DNA of 37,542 nucleotides from Perkinsus olseni (Eukaryota): NCBI GenBank assembly GCA_013115125.1, contig JABANN010000337.1, positions 1 to 37,542 of the forward strand, read 5' to 3'. Shown piece by piece: positions 36,151 to 37,542 of this stretch (position 1 is its first letter; each line of letters starts with the position of its first letter). The notes under the pieces were generated by a model. It saw only the letters and a program-made list of their open reading frames with translations, ran no database searches and was not told where the DNA came from. The position numbers and the translations under genes were made by a program.

Positions 36151-36796
36151 TTCATCATCATCATCATGTCCCCCATCCCCCTCGGATGATGTACCATCAT
36201 CATCATCTTCGTCATCACCACCAGTGGTAGTATCTATTGACGGCTGTGTTGGCATCATGAAAGTATGATCATCATCGTAATCGTTACTACTGCTGCTCAT
36301 CATCGTGTACTCAATATTGGTATTACTGATGGTATAACCTTCACTGTCATCATCATCGTCGTCGTCGTTACTCTCATCAACCACCTCGTAGCTCTCCTCA
36401 GTAAGTATCTGCTGTTGTCGAGCACATCACCTTGCCTCAACCACTGCCAACCCTACCTCTCCACTATCAGCATCGGATGTGTCCGCGCTAGGGGATGAGG
36501 AGGTCGTTATTTGATTGGGACTATCCTCCTCCTCCTTCAGGTAATGACTAGAACCATTGCCTGATAGTAGTTTGGTTAGAGCCTTGAACCTGATGATGAT
36601 GATGACACAGTAGTAGCAGCAGCACATAGTATTAGTATTATTACCAAAGGTCGGCATGTCTGTCCACAACACACTGTATGTGCATTATCTTACTGCACAG
36701 TGGTAGATCCTAGTGATGATTGACACTATCACTGATGATGATGATGTTAGAGGTACGTTGTTACTCTTACCAGTATTATCACTGGACCATTGAAGG

Positions 36797-36836
<40 letters not shown>

Positions 36837-36904
36837 GTCTTTGGTAGTATTGTTATAATACGATACATCACCAATAATATTTATGGGTATTGTTATTAGA
36901 CCAT

Positions 36905-36938
<34 letters not shown>

Positions 36939-37310
36939 GGACGAAGAGGAGGCAGGAAGAGGGGACGTGGGAGCATGACGACTATCCTGTAGTATGTTAT
37001 CATCATGATAATCAGCGATGGGTTCGAACACCAAGGCATCGTGTGTAGGTGTAACACCACTAATACCTGTTACTAGTCATCATCATGATGATCATGGCAG
37101 TGGTAGTGGGGATGTTACATATTCCTGTAAACCATGCCTCGCTCTCCTCCTCGTCATCCTCTCCATCATTCAAACTACCTTCAATATAGTTATTAGTAGG
37201 TATGATGTCAAGTTTAACAGCGATCCTACCAAACAACAGTCACCCTTGCAATAGCAGTAGTAGTAGTTGGATGACTGGAGTAGTTGGACTACCCCTCAGT
37301 GAGAGCTGCC
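35300..37310 (-). CDS. Multi-exon acidic hypothetical protein (possible PH-like segment)
   Basis: Exon-like segments GLITIPINIIGDV, MHIQCVVDRHADL|WFKALTKLL and DTLEDVFNLCELLLTLH with long poly-Asp tracts. Boundaries are approximate. Confidence 0.35.
35442..35507. repeat. (CAT)22 microsatellite
   Basis: Perfect trinucleotide tract, the longest CAT run seen in the window. Confidence 0.95.
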
Positions 37311-37542
37311 ATCACCACATCATCATCACCTTCTCTTTCTTTTGACGTTAAACTCATTGTCATCATTAACCTCAAGCCACCACAGTATGATCATCCCTAC
37401 CCTGTCTGCGTGTGAACTACAATGCGCACTCACTGTGAATGCTGCCCTACAGCGCGTTCGCTTTTGGTGTGCAATTCGCAAAAAGTGAGCTTTCTCCGTT
37501 AGTACGAAGCTTTTACGAGTGAAAGTTGGACTGCTCGTGTAT

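Noticed and set aside
1-37542. Autonomous transposon or retroelement that could mobilise the tRNA fragments
   Set aside because: No reverse transcriptase, integrase or transposase motifs, LTRs or long terminal inverted repeats were recognised in the window.

Overview
Gene-dense eukaryotic protist DNA with many ~45-60 nt GT-AG introns. The intron sizes and homopolymer-rich proteins suggest a Perkinsus-like alveolate (inference, not proven). Manual splicing recovers a TruD/PUS7-like gene, a secreted EF-hand protein, a YFH7/YggC-like P-loop kinase, VPS25, a coiled-coil protein, dymeclin, a PRRC2-like PAM2 protein, DPM2, an Mpv17/PMP22 protein and a TylF-like methyltransferase. There are also three intronless tRNA-Ile(UAU) genes, a four-member family of intronless secreted proteins with a post-signal ARGRR-type motif, and two unrelated 28-bp minisatellites. 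Composition switches sharply to trinucleotide-microsatellite-rich DNA at about 22.2 kb. The most striking unexplained signal is about 19 tRNA T-arm/B-box fragments (GGTTCRANNCC, often preceded by variable-loop AGGTC) outside tRNA genes. Most of those that can be mapped lie inside short spliceosomal introns, in both orientations, and one is a full-length decayed tRNA-Gln. This may be an undescribed intron-embedded TFIIIC-site system or a route of tRNA-derived intron formation. All splice models are manual and unverified.
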